Shown here in pieces: positions 44,753 to 61,133 of a stretch of 64,000 nt of DNA (position 1 is the stretch's first letter; each line of letters starts with the position of its first letter). The DNA is from the human T2T-CHM13v2.0 reference genome, Homo sapiens, in NCBI RefSeq assembly GCF_009914755.1, contig NC_060947.1; one strand, written 5' to 3'. The position numbers were made by a program, and so were the translations under genes. The notes beneath the pieces were generated by a model. It did not search any database and was not told where the DNA came from. It saw only the letters and a list, made by a program, of their open reading frames with translations.

Positions 44753-45314
44753 TGCATTAGTCAGGGTTATCTAGAGGGACAGAACTAACAGAATATATGT
44801 ATATATGAAAGGAAGTTTATTAAGGAGAATTGACTCACATGATCACAAGGTAAAGTCCCATGATAGGCCATGTGCAAGTTGAGGAGCAAGGAAGCCAGTG
44901 ATGGATCGGTCCAAGTCCCAAAACCTCAAAAGTAGGGAAGCCAACAGTGCAGCAGCCTTCAGTCTGTGGTCAAAGGCTCGAAAGCCACTGAAAAGCCATT
45001 GATGTAAGTCCAAGAGTCCAAAAGCTGAAGAACTTGGAGTCTGATGATTGAGGGCAGGAAGCACCCAGCACGGGAGAAAGATGAAGGCTAGAAGACTCAG
45101 CAAGTCTACTCTTCCATCTTCTCCTGCCTGCTTTATTCTAGCTGTACTGGCAGTTGATTAGATGTTGCCCACCCAGATCAAGGATGAGTCTGCCTCTTCC
45201 AGTTCACTTACTCAAATGTTAATGTCCTTTGGCAACACCATCACAGACACACCCAGGAACAATACTTTGCATCCTTCAATCCAATCATGTTGATACTCAA
45301 TATTAACCATCACA
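44753..45314 (-). mobile_element. MLT2A LTR (3' LTR of a truncated HERV-L)
   Basis: tgcattagtcagggttatctagagggacagaac...caatccaatcatgttgatactcaatattaaccatcaca. Confidence 0.92.
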
Positions 45315-45484
45315 AGTCCACCCCTTGTCAACTTGAACCCATACACATCAACTGAAATAATATATAACCTTCGAATAAAGACAATAATAAGGTCATAATT
45401 ACACCTAATATAATACAGCTATCTTTTGTACACCAGAAGCACACTAATACTTAAGCTAAATGCTATTACATAAAGTTAACAACT
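45315..45484 (-). mobile_element. HERV-L internal 3' end stub
   Basis: PPT-like CAAGGGGTGGACT on the minus strand abutting the LTR; aataaagacaataataaggtcataattacacctaa is typical of ERVL-int. Confidence 0.8.
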
Positions 45485-45619
45485 TTATGTAATAGGAAGA
45501 AATAGAAACTCTGAACAGACCAATAACAAGCACTGAGATTAAAATGGAAATTTTAAAATTGCCAAAAACAAAAAAAAGTTCAGGATGAGACAGATTCACA
45601 GCTGAATTCTATCACAGCT

Positions 45620-47110
<1,491 letters not shown>

Positions 47111-50100
47111 AAAATCATATGGTTACATTCATATACACAGAAAAAGCTTTCAATTAAATCCAATACTTTTTCATGATAAAAACCCTCAGAAAGCTAGGCA
47201 TTGGAGGAGTATACCCAAAATAAGAGCCAACAATGACTAACTCACAGGCAACATCACATTGAACAGGCAAAAGCTCGAAACATTCCTCATAAAAATTGAA
47301 CTATGACAAGGATGTCCACTCATACCACTCCTATTCAGGAAAGTACTGAAAGTCCTAGCAAGAGCAATCAGGCAGGAGAAAGAAATGAAAGGTATGCAAA
47401 TAGGAAAAGAATAAGTCTTTCTTCACAGATAATATGATGAAATAAAACCTAAAAACACCTAAAGACTCCACGAAAGGCTCGTGGACCTAATAAACGACCT
47501 CAGTAAAGTTTCCAGATACAACATCAATGTAAAAAAATTAGCAGCACTTCTATACACCAACAGTGTTCCAGCTGTGAGCCAAATCAGAACACAATCCTAT
47601 TTACAATAGCTACACACAAAAAAGTACAGTATCTAGAAATACATCTAAGCAAGGAGGTAAAAAACTCTACAAGGAGTATCGGGGAATGTGCCCCCGATTT
47701 CACGTAGGTTCTTTTCTATTTTCCCTAAGCATCGGCCAGGTTGAGAAATAAAGGGACACAGTACAAAAGAGACAAATTTTAAAGCTGGGCATACGGGGGA
47801 GACATCACATGTCGGTAGGTTCCGTGATGCCCCCTGAGCCGTGAAACCAGCAAATTTTTATTAGTGATTTTCGAAAGGGGAGGGAGTGTACGAATAGGGT
47901 GTGGGTCACAGAGATCATGTGCTTCACAAGGTAATAGAATATCACAAGGCAAATGGAGGCAGGGCGAGATCACAGGACCACAGGACAGGGCGAAATTAAA
48001 ATTGCTAATGAAGTTTCCGGCACCATTGTCATTGATAACATCTTATCAGGAGACAGGGTTTGAGAGCAACTGGTCTGACCAAAATTTATTAGGCGGGAAT
48101 TTCCTTGTCCTAATAAGCATGGGAGCACTATGGGAGACTGGGGCTTATTTCATCCCTACAGTTTCGACCATAGAAGACGGCCACACCCAAGGGGGCCATT
48201 TTAGAGGCCCACCCTCAGGGGCGCATTCTCTTTCTCAGGGATGTTCCTTGCTGAGAAAAAGAATTCAGCGATGTGTCTCCCATTTGCTTTTGAAAGAAGA
48301 GAAATATGGCTCTGGTCCACCAGGCTCACCGGCGGTCAGAGTTTAAGATTATCTCTCTTGTTCCCTGAACATTGCTGTTATCCTGTTCTTTTTTCAAGGT
48401 GCCCAGATTTCATATTGTTCAAACACACATGCTCTACAAACAATTTGTGCAGTTAACACAATCATCACAGGGTCCTGAGGCAACATATATCCTCCTCAGC
48501 TTACGAAAATGATGGGATTAAGAGATTAAAGTAAAGACAGGCATAGGAAATCACAAAGGTATTGATTGAGGAAGTGATAAGTGTCCAGGAAATCTTCACA
48601 GTTTATGTTCAGAGATTACAATAAATTCAGGTGTAGGAAATTATAAAAGTATTAATTTGGGGATCTAATAAATGTCCATGAAATCTTCACAATTTATGTT
48701 CTTTTGCCACGGCTTCAGCCAGTCCCTCTGTTTGGGGTCCCTGACTTCCCACAACAAAGGAGAACTACAAAACAGTGCTGAAAGAAATCATAGATGACAC
48801 AAATGAATGGAAAAAATATTTCACACTCATGGATTGGAAGTGTCAGTATCTTTAAAGTGGCCATATTTCCCAATAGCCCCAAACAGCACAATACAGGTAA
48901 AAACAAACAAACAAACAAACAAACAAAAATCAGATATATAGATCAATGAAACAGAACAGAGAACTCAGAAATAAAGCCACCTATCTACAATGAGCTGATC
49001 TTCAATAAACCCAGCAAAAATAAATAATGAGCAAAAATCTCCCTATTCAGAAAATGGGGCTGTTCTAACTCACTAACCACATACAGAAGAATGAAATTGG
49101 ACCCCTGTTTATCACAATATACAAAAATTAATTCAAGATGGAATGAAGATTTAAATGTAGCACCTCAAACTATAAAAATCCTAGAAGAAAACCTAGGAAA
49201 TACCTTTCTGGACATTGGCCTTGGCAAATAATTTATGATTAACTCCTCAAAAGCAATTACAACCAAAACAAAAATTGTCAAGAGAGGCCTAGTTAAACTA
49301 AAGTGCTTCTGCACAGCAAAATAAACTATCAACAGAGTAAATACTCAACTTACAGAATGGGAGAAAATATTTGCAAACTATCCATTCAGCAAAGGTCTAA
49401 TATCAAGAAACTGGAAGAAACTTAAATCAGCAAGAAAATACAAATAACCTTATTAAAAAGTAGGCAAAGGACATGAACAGACACTTCTCCAAGGAAGTTA
49501 TTTAAAAAGTAAAAAAAAAAAATAACAATGCTGGTAGGGCTGCCAAGAAAAGGGAACACTTATACAGTGTTGATTTCTTAAATAACCAAAAATAGAACTG
49601 CTGTTTGACACAGCAATCCCATTACTGGGTATATACTCAAAGGAAAATAAATAATTCTACCAAAACCACACATGTACTTGTATGTTTATCACAGCACTGT
49701 TTACCATAAGAAAGACATGGAATCATTCCAGGTGCCCATCAATGGTGGACTGAATAAAGAATATATGGCACATATACACCATGGAATACTATGCAGTCAT
49801 AAAAAGAACAAAATCCTATTCTTTACAGTGACATGTATGCAGTTGGATGCCATTATTCTAAGTGAATTAACACAGGAAGCAGAAAGCCAAATATCACATG
49901 TTCTCCCTTATAAGTGGAAGCTAAACATTGGATGCACATGGACATAAATATGGGAACAATAGACAGTGGAGACAACAACAGTGGAGAGAGAAGGAGCGGG
50001 TAAGGGTTGAAAAACCACCTGTTGGGTACTATGCTCACTAACTGGGTGATGAGTTCAATCATACCCAAAACCTCAGCAGCATGAAATATAGCCTTGTAAC

Positions 50101-50150
50101 AAACCTGCACATGTATACTCTTATTCTAAAGAAGTTGCAATTCAGAAAAA
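47111..50150 (+). mobile_element. LINE-1 ORF2 3' half and 3' UTR (L1PA15-17/L1PB-age), interrupted by MER11
   Basis: RT remnants (caaggatgtccactc, QGCPL-like); 3' UTR gggtactatgctcac...gtaacaaacctgcacatgta. Confidence 0.88.
47677..48756 (-). mobile_element. MER11 (HERV-K HML-8) solo LTR; length fits MER11C
   Basis: 1080 bp; ends ggggtccctgacttcccacaaca; perfect 6-bp TSD AAGGAG at 47671-47676 and 48757-48762 restores the L1 reading ctctacAAGGAGaactac (LYKENY). Confidence 0.92.
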
Positions 50151-50329
50151 GAAACCCCACAAAAGTAGAGTTACAAAAAATAAAAAAATCATAGTACACA
50201 ATTGATTCATGTCTTCATATTCTCATACTAACGTAAACATTGTTCCCTTATGTTCGACTTTTAGATTAACTGTAGGAAAAGCCTGGACAACTAAAATTCT
50301 GTTACTGCACAGTAGTATGTAAATGCTTT

Positions 50330-50800
50330 TAAATTTTGCAATGAATAAGTATAAGTATAGATTACAAATGTGAGAAAATGGAAAGAGGCAGGAGAACTCA
50401 AGGGAAAATGCTAGTGTTAATGTCCTCATCTTACAAGGTACAAATTGAGACTTTGTTTATGTTTGATGAACAAGACACAAGTGTACAAGTATATCATTTA
50501 CGAAGACAATAAATATAGTTACTAATAAATAGAGACATCACTATATTTGTGTAGTATTTATATGATGGAGAATAAGTGAACTTATTCCTAAGCAATTATA
50601 TCAGGAAGTCAAAAGATAATGTGTAAAACTGAGTCAAGATTTAACAATATAAGCAAATTAGAGACATAGAAGTAGCATTCAGAACTATTTAAGTGAAGTG
50701 TTTAAGAATGGTTCCCTCTGGAGTGGGGTAGAGCCTGGGATTGTTTTCATATTAAGTTCTCCTCTTTATTTGATTAAAACATATTATTTGATTTAAAACC
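50330..50800 (+). mobile_element. HAL1-like 3' remnant
   Basis: tgtcctcatcttaca...ggaagtcaaaagataatg...aatggttccctctggagtgggg (recalled HAL1 features). Confidence 0.45.
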
Positions 50801-51737
50801 ACATTTTGAATGTATAAGTTTGAAAACATTTTTTAAATAAGCTAAAAATGATTACTGATAACTTACTAGTACAAATAAAATTAAGTCCTGAAAATATTCT
50901 ATACATAAAGAGGTTCAAAAAAGTACATATTGTAGCACTGCCTCTATGGATGGTTATAAATGTATTTCATATTTTGCCTTCTTTTAGAGATAGAAAAATT
51001 TGAGTTTTAAGAAGGGGCTGAAAATTATCCCTTTAAGACGGAAAAAAATACCCTGATTATCACCTCTTAAATAATAATGGACATAGTAAGTGTCAATATC
51101 CATAGCTCCTCAGTGACTTAAACATATTCTTGAAAACCAGGAGACAACTGATGGGACTAAAAGGCAGTTAATTTAAAATGTGTAAACGGAATGGGCTTTT
51201 TGCAATAGATATGATTGACCTGTGTAATTTTCTGCTATAGTGTGTTACAGAGAAGAGTCATTTGCAGCTGGATTGAAACTAAATTTTGAATTTTCATGGT
51301 CAGGTAAACTTAAGAAAATAGCAGAAAGAAAATTAACTTGATAGGAAATGTGTCACTATAAAAATAACTATTAGAAAAATTATGCTAAACAATTATCAGA
51401 TTGGGTACAGAAACCTTTACATTTTATTTCAAAAACTAATATATCGTGTCTCTGTTCTCTCTTCTTCAAACTTAGCCACAATTTGTAGAAAGAAACCCAA
51501 TACAAAGAGAAACTTAATATTTTTCATTTGATAACAACTTTGGCTGGAAAATATAGAAAACACCAACACACATAGAGGTTATGTGTATCTCATTAGACTA
51601 TCATTTTCTACTTGTTAGAGAGGGCACATTTTTTAGAAGAGATAGACATTTTCCTTATCACAACCACCAGTAAGTACATGGCAGAGAGGAAGAATGTATA
51701 ATCCAAATCCAATATCTGAAAAACATTAAATTTGGCA

Positions 51738-52205
51738 AAATAGTTCGCAAACTATGCATCTGATAAAGGTCTAATATCCAGAATCTGTAAGAAACTTAAA
51801 CAACTGAACAAGCAAAAACCAAATAACCCAATAAAAAAGTGGGCAAATTACATAGACACTTCTTAAAAGAACACATACAAACAGCCCATAAACATATGAA
51901 AGAATTCTTAACATTACTAATTATTAGATAAATGCAAATCAAAGCCACAATGAGATACCATCTTACATCAGTCAGAATGGCTGTCGCTAAAAAGTAAAAA
52001 AATAACAGATGCTGGAAAGGCTGCCAAGAAAAGGGAATGCTTATACACTGTTGGTGGGAATGTAAATTAGTGAAGCCACTATGGAAAGCAGTTTGCAGAT
52101 TTTCAGATAATTTAAAAACAGAACTACTGTTTGACCCATCAATCCCATTACTGGGTATCCAAAGGAAAATAAAATTTTCTACCAGAAGGACACATGCACT
52201 CACAT
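51738..52205 (+). mobile_element. LINE-1 ORF2 C-terminal fragment
   Basis: ORF 52037-52225 ([14 protein letters not shown]...[10 protein letters not shown]). Confidence 0.88.
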
Positions 52206-52239
52206 ATTTTAACATGTTTACTTAACACATCAAGGTACT

Positions 52240-53060
<821 letters not shown>

Positions 53061-53652
53061 AAATAATGAAGTTATTCAATTTTTTATCAATATAGATTAT
53101 ATAAAAGCATGCATTAGTAAAATAAGTAACGGTCAATTTAATTATTTTTGTGGTTAATATCTAAACAAGTTAAGAATGTAGTTTCAACTAGGCCAATCTC
53201 TGAGGGCTGAGATAATTTTATGAATTACTAGTTTGGTATCAACTTGTATTAAAAAATAATTTGTTCATGCATAAGAGATATTCACTAGAAAATAAATGGT
53301 ATAAAATAGAAACAGCCATTAAAATAAATTGCAGCATTACCCATTTACAAATATATATCTCCACATACATTCAACTACATTCTAGTATGCAATTAGAAAT
53401 GAAGAGCTTTTACAATACATCCATTAGACCATTCCAGGGATAACTGAGGGATGTGACACATACCATGTGATTACTCAGAACCATCCAAAACATTAATTAA
53501 CTCACTAGTAATATGTTTTTGAGATCTCAACAACAAATAGTTAATGCAAAAATAATGGAAAAATATATAACTCAGATCAAAAGTATTGCTAAATGAATAC
53601 AGAATAATGATTAATGAAACCATTACCAAGGTGGAGTTATAAGAAGCATTAA

Positions 53653-53961
53653 GGATGAAGCTGGAAACCATCATTATCAGCAAACTATCGCAAGGACAAA
53701 AAACCAAACACCGCATGTTCTCACTCATAGGTGGGAATTGAACAATGAGAACACATGGACACAGGAAGGGGAACATCACACACCGGGGCCTGTTGTGGGG
53801 TGGGAGGAGGGGGGAGGGATAGCATTAGGAGATATACATAATGTTAAATGATTAGTTACTGGGTGCAGCACACCAATATGGCACATATATACATATGTAA
53901 CTAACCTGCACGTTGTGCACATGTACCCTAAAACTTAAAGTATAAAAAAAATTTAAAAAAA
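53653..53961 (+). mobile_element. Short 5'-truncated L1PA4/5-type 3' end
   Basis: ggatgaagctggaaaccatc...catgtaccctaaaacttaaagtataaaaaaa. Confidence 0.93.
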
Positions 53962-54329
53962 GGAACATAGTGAATGTTCATTCACAATAGAATGTCTTTA
54001 GAGAAAAGTCATCATATTGTGAACAAGTTAAATATATTTTGATGATGTTTTTTGTTTGGTGCTCTATGAAATCATTATTTTTAAATCAAATTCCAGCTTA
54101 ATATCAAAATCTTTGTTTTTAAAAATGCCAGTTCCTCTTATTTGTACAATATTGATGCTCTTCCTTGCATTCTGCCCTAACCAGAAGTCTCTGGCTAACC
54201 TAATTTCTCAGTTGCAGCCCTGGAATAAACCATTTCAACAAGGAACCATAGTGCTTTTTAATTGGCAATAGTATTTAGAAATCAAGATCTGGGGACTAGG
54301 TGTGCTTATTGTTAGTAGTGCCTTTACTT

Positions 54330-55155
54330 CTTTTAAATTTTCTATCTTAAATTGTAAATTGAAAAGTTATACCTGCATATATTTATGGGGTACAAAATAA
54401 TGTTATGATTTAAGAATACATTGTGAAACAATTAGATTAAGCAAATTAACATATCTGTCACATCAAATACTTATCATTTTTGGGGGTGAGAACATTTAAA
54501 ATTTACACCTTGCCTGGCTTATTTCACTTAGCATAATGTTCTCCAATTTCATTTATGTTGTTAAAAAGGACAATATTTTTTCTTAAGGCTGAATAGTATT
54601 CCATTGTGTATATATACCACATTTTCTTTATCCATTTGTGTTGATGGACACCTAGGCTGATACCATAATGGCTATTGAGAATAGTGCTGCAATGAACATG
54701 GGAGTCCATACACCTCTTCAACATGCTGATTTCAAATGTTTGGGGTAAACATCCAGAAATTAGATTGCTGGATCATATGATAATTCTGTTTTTAGTTTTA
54801 TGAGAAACCTCCATATAGTTTTTCATAATGTCTGTACCAATTTATATTCCCATCAACAGCATACAAAGTTTCCTTGTTTTCAACAACCTTGCCAATACCT
54901 ATTACCTTTTGTATTTTTGATAATAACCATTCTGACAGATATGAGGTGATATTTAATTGTAGATTTAATTTGCATTTTCCTAATGATTTGTGATGTTGAG
55001 CACTTTTTTTGTGTTTGTATTGACTGTATGAATCCTGAGAAATATTTATTCAGATGTCTTGCCCATTTTAAAATTGGATTATTTGTTTTATTTATATAGA
55101 GTTTTTTGAGTTTCTTATATATTTTAAATGTTCACTCCTTATTAGATGCATGGAT
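54330..55155 (-). mobile_element. L1MA-type 3' fragment
   Basis: ORF 54524-54724 (WIKKMWYIYTMEYYSAL); 3' UTR atatttatggggtacaa...gtgagaacatttaaaattta. Confidence 0.85.
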
Positions 55156-56199
55156 TGGTGTCATATATTCAAGGCCTTTAGTGGAAGAGGCTGGAAAATA
55201 CATTAATGGTAACAAAGAAAATCATACATTCTTATTTATATGCTCAACTAAAGTTAAACATTACATCAACTTTTCTAAACGTGTTTTTTATATCTGTATG
55301 CATTTTCTCTTAGATTCTTGGCAAAGATTTAACACAAACTATTTGATTTAGCTTATAAAATATATGATAGTTTTAAAATTGCAATGCCAATGTTGCCACT
55401 AAGAGTTAGAGTAATAAGATGTTATTTTTCTCTGCCTTTTAAGACTTGTCCTTAAAATATATCCCACTAAAGATGTTCACTATCAATATTATGTTCAAAA
55501 TTTACTTGAAACAGTTACTTTTCTGTGGCGTTGTATTATTAATTTGATTTGCAGTTAAGTTTATTTTGGCTTGTTTTCAATTGTAGGGTAATTATACTTT
55601 GAAAATATAAAATAAATGGTTCAAAAGCTTAAAAGAATATGAGAATATATATTCATAGAAGTCTTACCTCTATATCTACCTATAAGTAACATTTCTCCAG
55701 GTGAACTGTAGGAGGAATTGCATATGATATACTAAAGTAGGTCCAAGTATGTTTAAGTAAACTTAAGTGCCCTAGACAGACAAATAGTGGTTATTAGTGG
55801 ATAAATTAATAACAAGGGGGATAATTATATCTGTCAAAATAGACTGTAAGAAATCATGAGATCAACATAATCATGGAGGAGTGAGTAGATCAACATGTTC
55901 CACTTTCTATCACATAAATTCCAGGTGATATCATACAGATTAAAATGGATTTCATGTTCTGTACCAGTTGTTCTAAATAATTTGTTTCTTAATGTTTTAT
56001 AGTGGAAATGCATAAGCAAGCACACATGTGACTGCATAATAGTGAATCAAAGACGATTCATTTTCTGCATGCTGGCTTTAAGTGTAAATAGATGTGGGTC
56101 CACAGATGTTCTTTGTTACAGAAATCTGAGATCTAGGGGAAAATTATTCTGAATGAGGCAGAAAAGATACTATTGAATAACAACTCTCTAATAAGCTAT

Positions 56200-57310
<1,111 letters not shown>

Positions 57311-57313
57311 AAA

Positions 57314-57348
57314 GCAAAACCTGCAATTACATGTGCACCAACCTAATA
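57314..57348. mobile_element. Solo HSMAR1 TIR / half MADE1
   Basis: gcaaaacctgcaattacatgtgcaccaacctaaTA versus consensus AAAACCGCAATTACTTTTGCACCAACCTAA-TA. Confidence 0.8.
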
Positions 57349-57469
57349 GAAGATGTCATGTAGAAAGAAAGGAACATTTTAAAACTGAAAGATACATTAA
57401 CTGAAATAGAAAAGAAAATCACTGGATAGGCTTAGTATCAGCACGGACATGACATAAGAAAGAGTCATT

Positions 57470-59935
57470 GAACTTAAATCAAGTAGAAATTCTGGGGGTG
57501 AAAAATGCAATTGACGTGCTGAGAATACATCAGAGTCTCTCAGCAGCAGAATGGATCAAGGGGAAGAAAGAATTACTGAACTTGAAGACAGGCTATTTAA
57601 AGATACATAGCCAGAGGAGACAAAAGAAAAACTAATAAGAAAGAATGAAGCACACCAACAAGATCTAGAAAATAACCTCAAAAGGGCAAGTTTATGAGTC
57701 ATTTGCATTAAAGAAGAGGTAGAGAGAGAGAGAGCTCACAACAGAAATTATATTCAGAGAGATAATAACAGAGAACTTTCCAAACTTAGAGAAAGTAATA
57801 TTCAAGGACAAGAAAGTCATAGGACACCAAGATTCAACCCAAATAAGACTACAATAAAACTTTTAAATAATCAAACTCCTAAAGGTCAAGGATAAAGAAA
57901 GAATCTTAAAAGCAAGAAGAGAAATACAACAACATAAAAAGGGCTCCAATGCATCTGGCAGCAGACTTCTTAGTGGAGACCTTATAGGCCAGGATAAAGG
58001 AGCATAACATATCCAAAAGGATAAATTAAATGCTGCTAAAGGCAAACATTTTTTACCTTAGAATATAATATTCAGTGAAAATATTCTCCAGACATTAAGA
58101 AGTAATACTTTCCCAGACAAACAGAAGCTAAGGGATTTCATCAACACCAGATCTGTCTTACAAAAAATGCTAAAGGGAGTTCTTCAGTTTGAAAGAAAAG
58201 AACATTAACAAGCAGTAAGAAATCATCTGAAGGTTAAAAAAAATCATTGTTAATAATAAGTACAAAAACAAATACAGAATATTATAATACTGTAATTGTG
58301 TATAAATTACTTATATTTTGAGTAGGAAGACTAATAGATAAATGTATCAAAAACACTATCTACAGCAACTTTTCAAGACATAGACAGCATAAGAAGATAT
58401 AAATAGAAAAAAAGTTAAAAAGCAGAAGGATGAAATCGAAGTGTAGAGTTTTTATTAGTTTTCTCTTTGCTTTTTTTAAGTTTCTTTATCCAATTGGTGT
58501 TCAGTTTTTGTCAGTTTAAAATAATGGGTTTTAAGATGATATTTGCAAGCCTCTTGGCAACCTCAAATCCAAAATAAGAAAAACTACAACAAATACACAA
58601 AACACACACAAAAAACACAAAAGTTAAAACGTTACCACCAGAGAAAATTACTTTCATAAAAGGGAGCACAGGAAGAAAGGAAAGAAGGAAGGGAGGGAGG
58701 GAGGGAGGGAGGAAGGAAGGAAGGAAGGAAGGAAGGAAGGAAGGAAGGAAGGAAGGAAGGGAGGGAGGGAGGGACAAAATAACCAGAAAACAAATAACAA
58801 AATGACACTGGTAAGTTCTTACTTATCAACAATGCCATTGAATGTAAACGGACTAAACTCTCCAATCAAAAAACAGCGTTGCTGAATAGATAAAAGAAAC
58901 ACACATCACCTATAAAGATATATATAGAATGAGAATAAAAAGATGGAAGAAGATACTTCATAGCAATGAAACCAAAAAGAACAAGAGTTTCTATACCTAT
59001 ATCAGACAAAATAGATTTCAAGATAAAAACTGTAAGAAGAGACAAAGATCACTACATAATGATAAAGGGGTCAATTCAGCAAGAGGATACAACAATTTTG
59101 AATATATATGCACCCAATACTGCAGCACACAGATATATAAAGGAAATATTATTACAGCTAAAGAGAGAGATGGGCTCCATTACAATAATAGCTGGAGATT
59201 TCAACACCCCACTTTCAGCATTGGACAGGTCCTTCAGACTGAAACTCAACAAAGAAACATCAGACTTAATCTGCATTATAGATCAAATGGATCTAATAGA
59301 TATTTACAGAACATTGTATTCAATGGCTGTTAAGTACACATTCTTGTCTTTAGCACATGGGTCATTTTCAAGAATAGACCATATGTTAGATCACAAAACA
59401 AGTCTTAAAACATTAAAGAAAATGAAATTACATCAGGCATGTTCTCTGATCACAATGGAATAAAACTACAAATCAACAACGAGAGGACTTTTGGAAACTA
59501 TACAAACAAATGGAAATTTAAAAATATGCTCCTGAATGACCAATGGTTCAGTGAAGAAATCAAGAAGGAAATTCAAAAATTTCTTGACACAGATGATGAT
59601 GGAAACACAACATACCAATACCTATAAAATGCAGTGGAAGCAGTACTAAGAGGCAATTTTATAGCTATAAGTACCTACATAAAAACTAGAAACTTCAAAT
59701 AAATAAACTAATGATGCATCTTAAGTAGAAAATCAAGAACAAACCAAACTCAGAATTATAGCAATAGAAATAATAAAAATCTGAGCAGAAATAATGTATT
59801 TGAAATGAATAATACAATACAAAAGGTTAATAAAAAAAAGTTGGTTTTTTGAAAAGTTCAACAAAATTGACAAACCTTTAGCCAGACTAATGAAGGCAAA
59901 GAGGGAGAAGACTCAGATAAATAAAATCAGAGATG
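57470..59935 (+). mobile_element. L1MA/L1M1-type ORF1, inter-ORF spacer and ORF2 EN region; degraded
   Basis: ORF 58966-59463 (ISDKIDFK...ILNIYAPN...AGDFNTPLS...SRIDHML); ORF1 remnants 57480-58200; same architecture as the element at 1-4480. Confidence 0.9.
58670..58774 (+). repeat. Polypurine microsatellite (GGGA)5(GGAA)12(GGGA)4
   Basis: Read directly; uninterrupted GGAA run at 58711-58758. Confidence 0.95.
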
Positions 59936-60781
59936 AAGAGGGCCAAATGGCTGACTACAAGCAGATAGTGTGTGCCCCTCTCATGGAGAGAAAAAAAGAG
60001 TGGCAAGTAAATACTAACTCTTCAACTGGAATATCCAGGTGGACACATTGGTATTCATCAAGGAAACAACTCAATTCACAGAGAATAGAGAGTGAGACAG
60101 GATGACTGCCCACCTAGGGATGGCACAGAGACAGAGGAGGACCCCCACTGTGGGGAAATGGTGTATGAGTGAGAGTCCCAAAAGACCCACACTTCTGCCA
60201 CGGACTTTTGAAACTTGGGCTCAGGAGATTTCCCATGAGCCTCCCCACCAGGTCCTCCAGACTGACATAGGCAGCTATATGGAGTGTGATCAGAGCTGCT
60301 GTCCAGACACACATGGAGTTCCAAGAGTCTTAGATCTCTGGGCAGCCTGACACTAGCAGCTGTAGCTCTGGCAATGGGGGAGGTCAGGCTCCCATGTATG
60401 CCCCCAGGAAAGTAGTCAAATTCAAGAGGCTGAGCAGCAGTGCAGGTTTCACCTCCACTGCACCTCACAGGATAAGGCTTATTGGCCTGGGACCTCAATG
60501 TGGCCACAGCAGCCATATCTGGGCTCTCAAGCTGGTAATAGCTGTGCACTCCCCTGGAACAGGGCTCTCAGATGAAGAGGCAGGCCACGATTTTTGCTGC
60601 CCCACAGCCCTTGCCACTGTCACTCAGGCTCTGGAGGGTGCATTATGATTTGATACTGGCACAGATTCCCAGCACAGTGCAGCCACCCCATGGAAAAGTG
60701 GCCAGAATATTTTCCAAGATTGTCACCATTCCCACTTCTCCTCACTGGGCAGGGACTCCCAACCTGAGATTCCAGAGCAAC
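59936..60781 (+). mobile_element. LINE-1 5' UTR (L1PA15-16/L1P4-type) inserted in the older L1
   Basis: ggccaaatggctgactacaagcag...ctctcatggagag...ccaggtggacacattgg. Confidence 0.7.
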
Positions 60782-61133
60782 TGTTGCAAGACTTTTCCTT
60801 AATTCAGCTAAAGTTGGGGTCATTGTCACACGGCCATGAGCTATTAGTCTCACAATTTGAAGGATGAATAGGGTCAGATTTTATTCAGTGAAAACAAAAA
60901 AAGAAAGAAAAGGGGAAACAGAGACTTTTAGCAAAATGAGACAATGTGTTTCCTGCCAGTGGGCTTCCCACCTCCCAGATTGAATCCCAGGTTCCACCTA
61001 GAAAGAGGAGGGGCCAGGCTCCTCCCCACTGCAAAAAGTGTGAACTTCTGTGGCTCCACCCCAGTGTGCACTCCTTCCAGTGCACAGGCTAGTTAGTGTT
61101 TTTATGGGGATTCCTTCCCATCTGTCTGTCTCA
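60782..61133 (-). mobile_element. MER61-like ERV1 LTR (3' LTR)
   Basis: tgttgcaagacttttccttaattcagctaaag...gattgaatcccaggttccacc...ggggccaggctcctcccc...tgtctca; TG...CA termini; PPT-like AGAGGTGGGAA adjacent on the minus strand. Confidence 0.8.

Noticed and set aside
47864-48346. 160-aa ORF
   Set aside because: Lies antisense within the MER11 LTR, with no protein motif
53640-53972. Possible TSD around the short L1PA fragment (aagaagcatta / aaggaacatag)
   Set aside because: Too many mismatches for an element of this age, so not called
58511-58865. Low-complexity PSFL-repeat ORFs
   Set aside because: Translation of the GGAA/GGGA microsatellite
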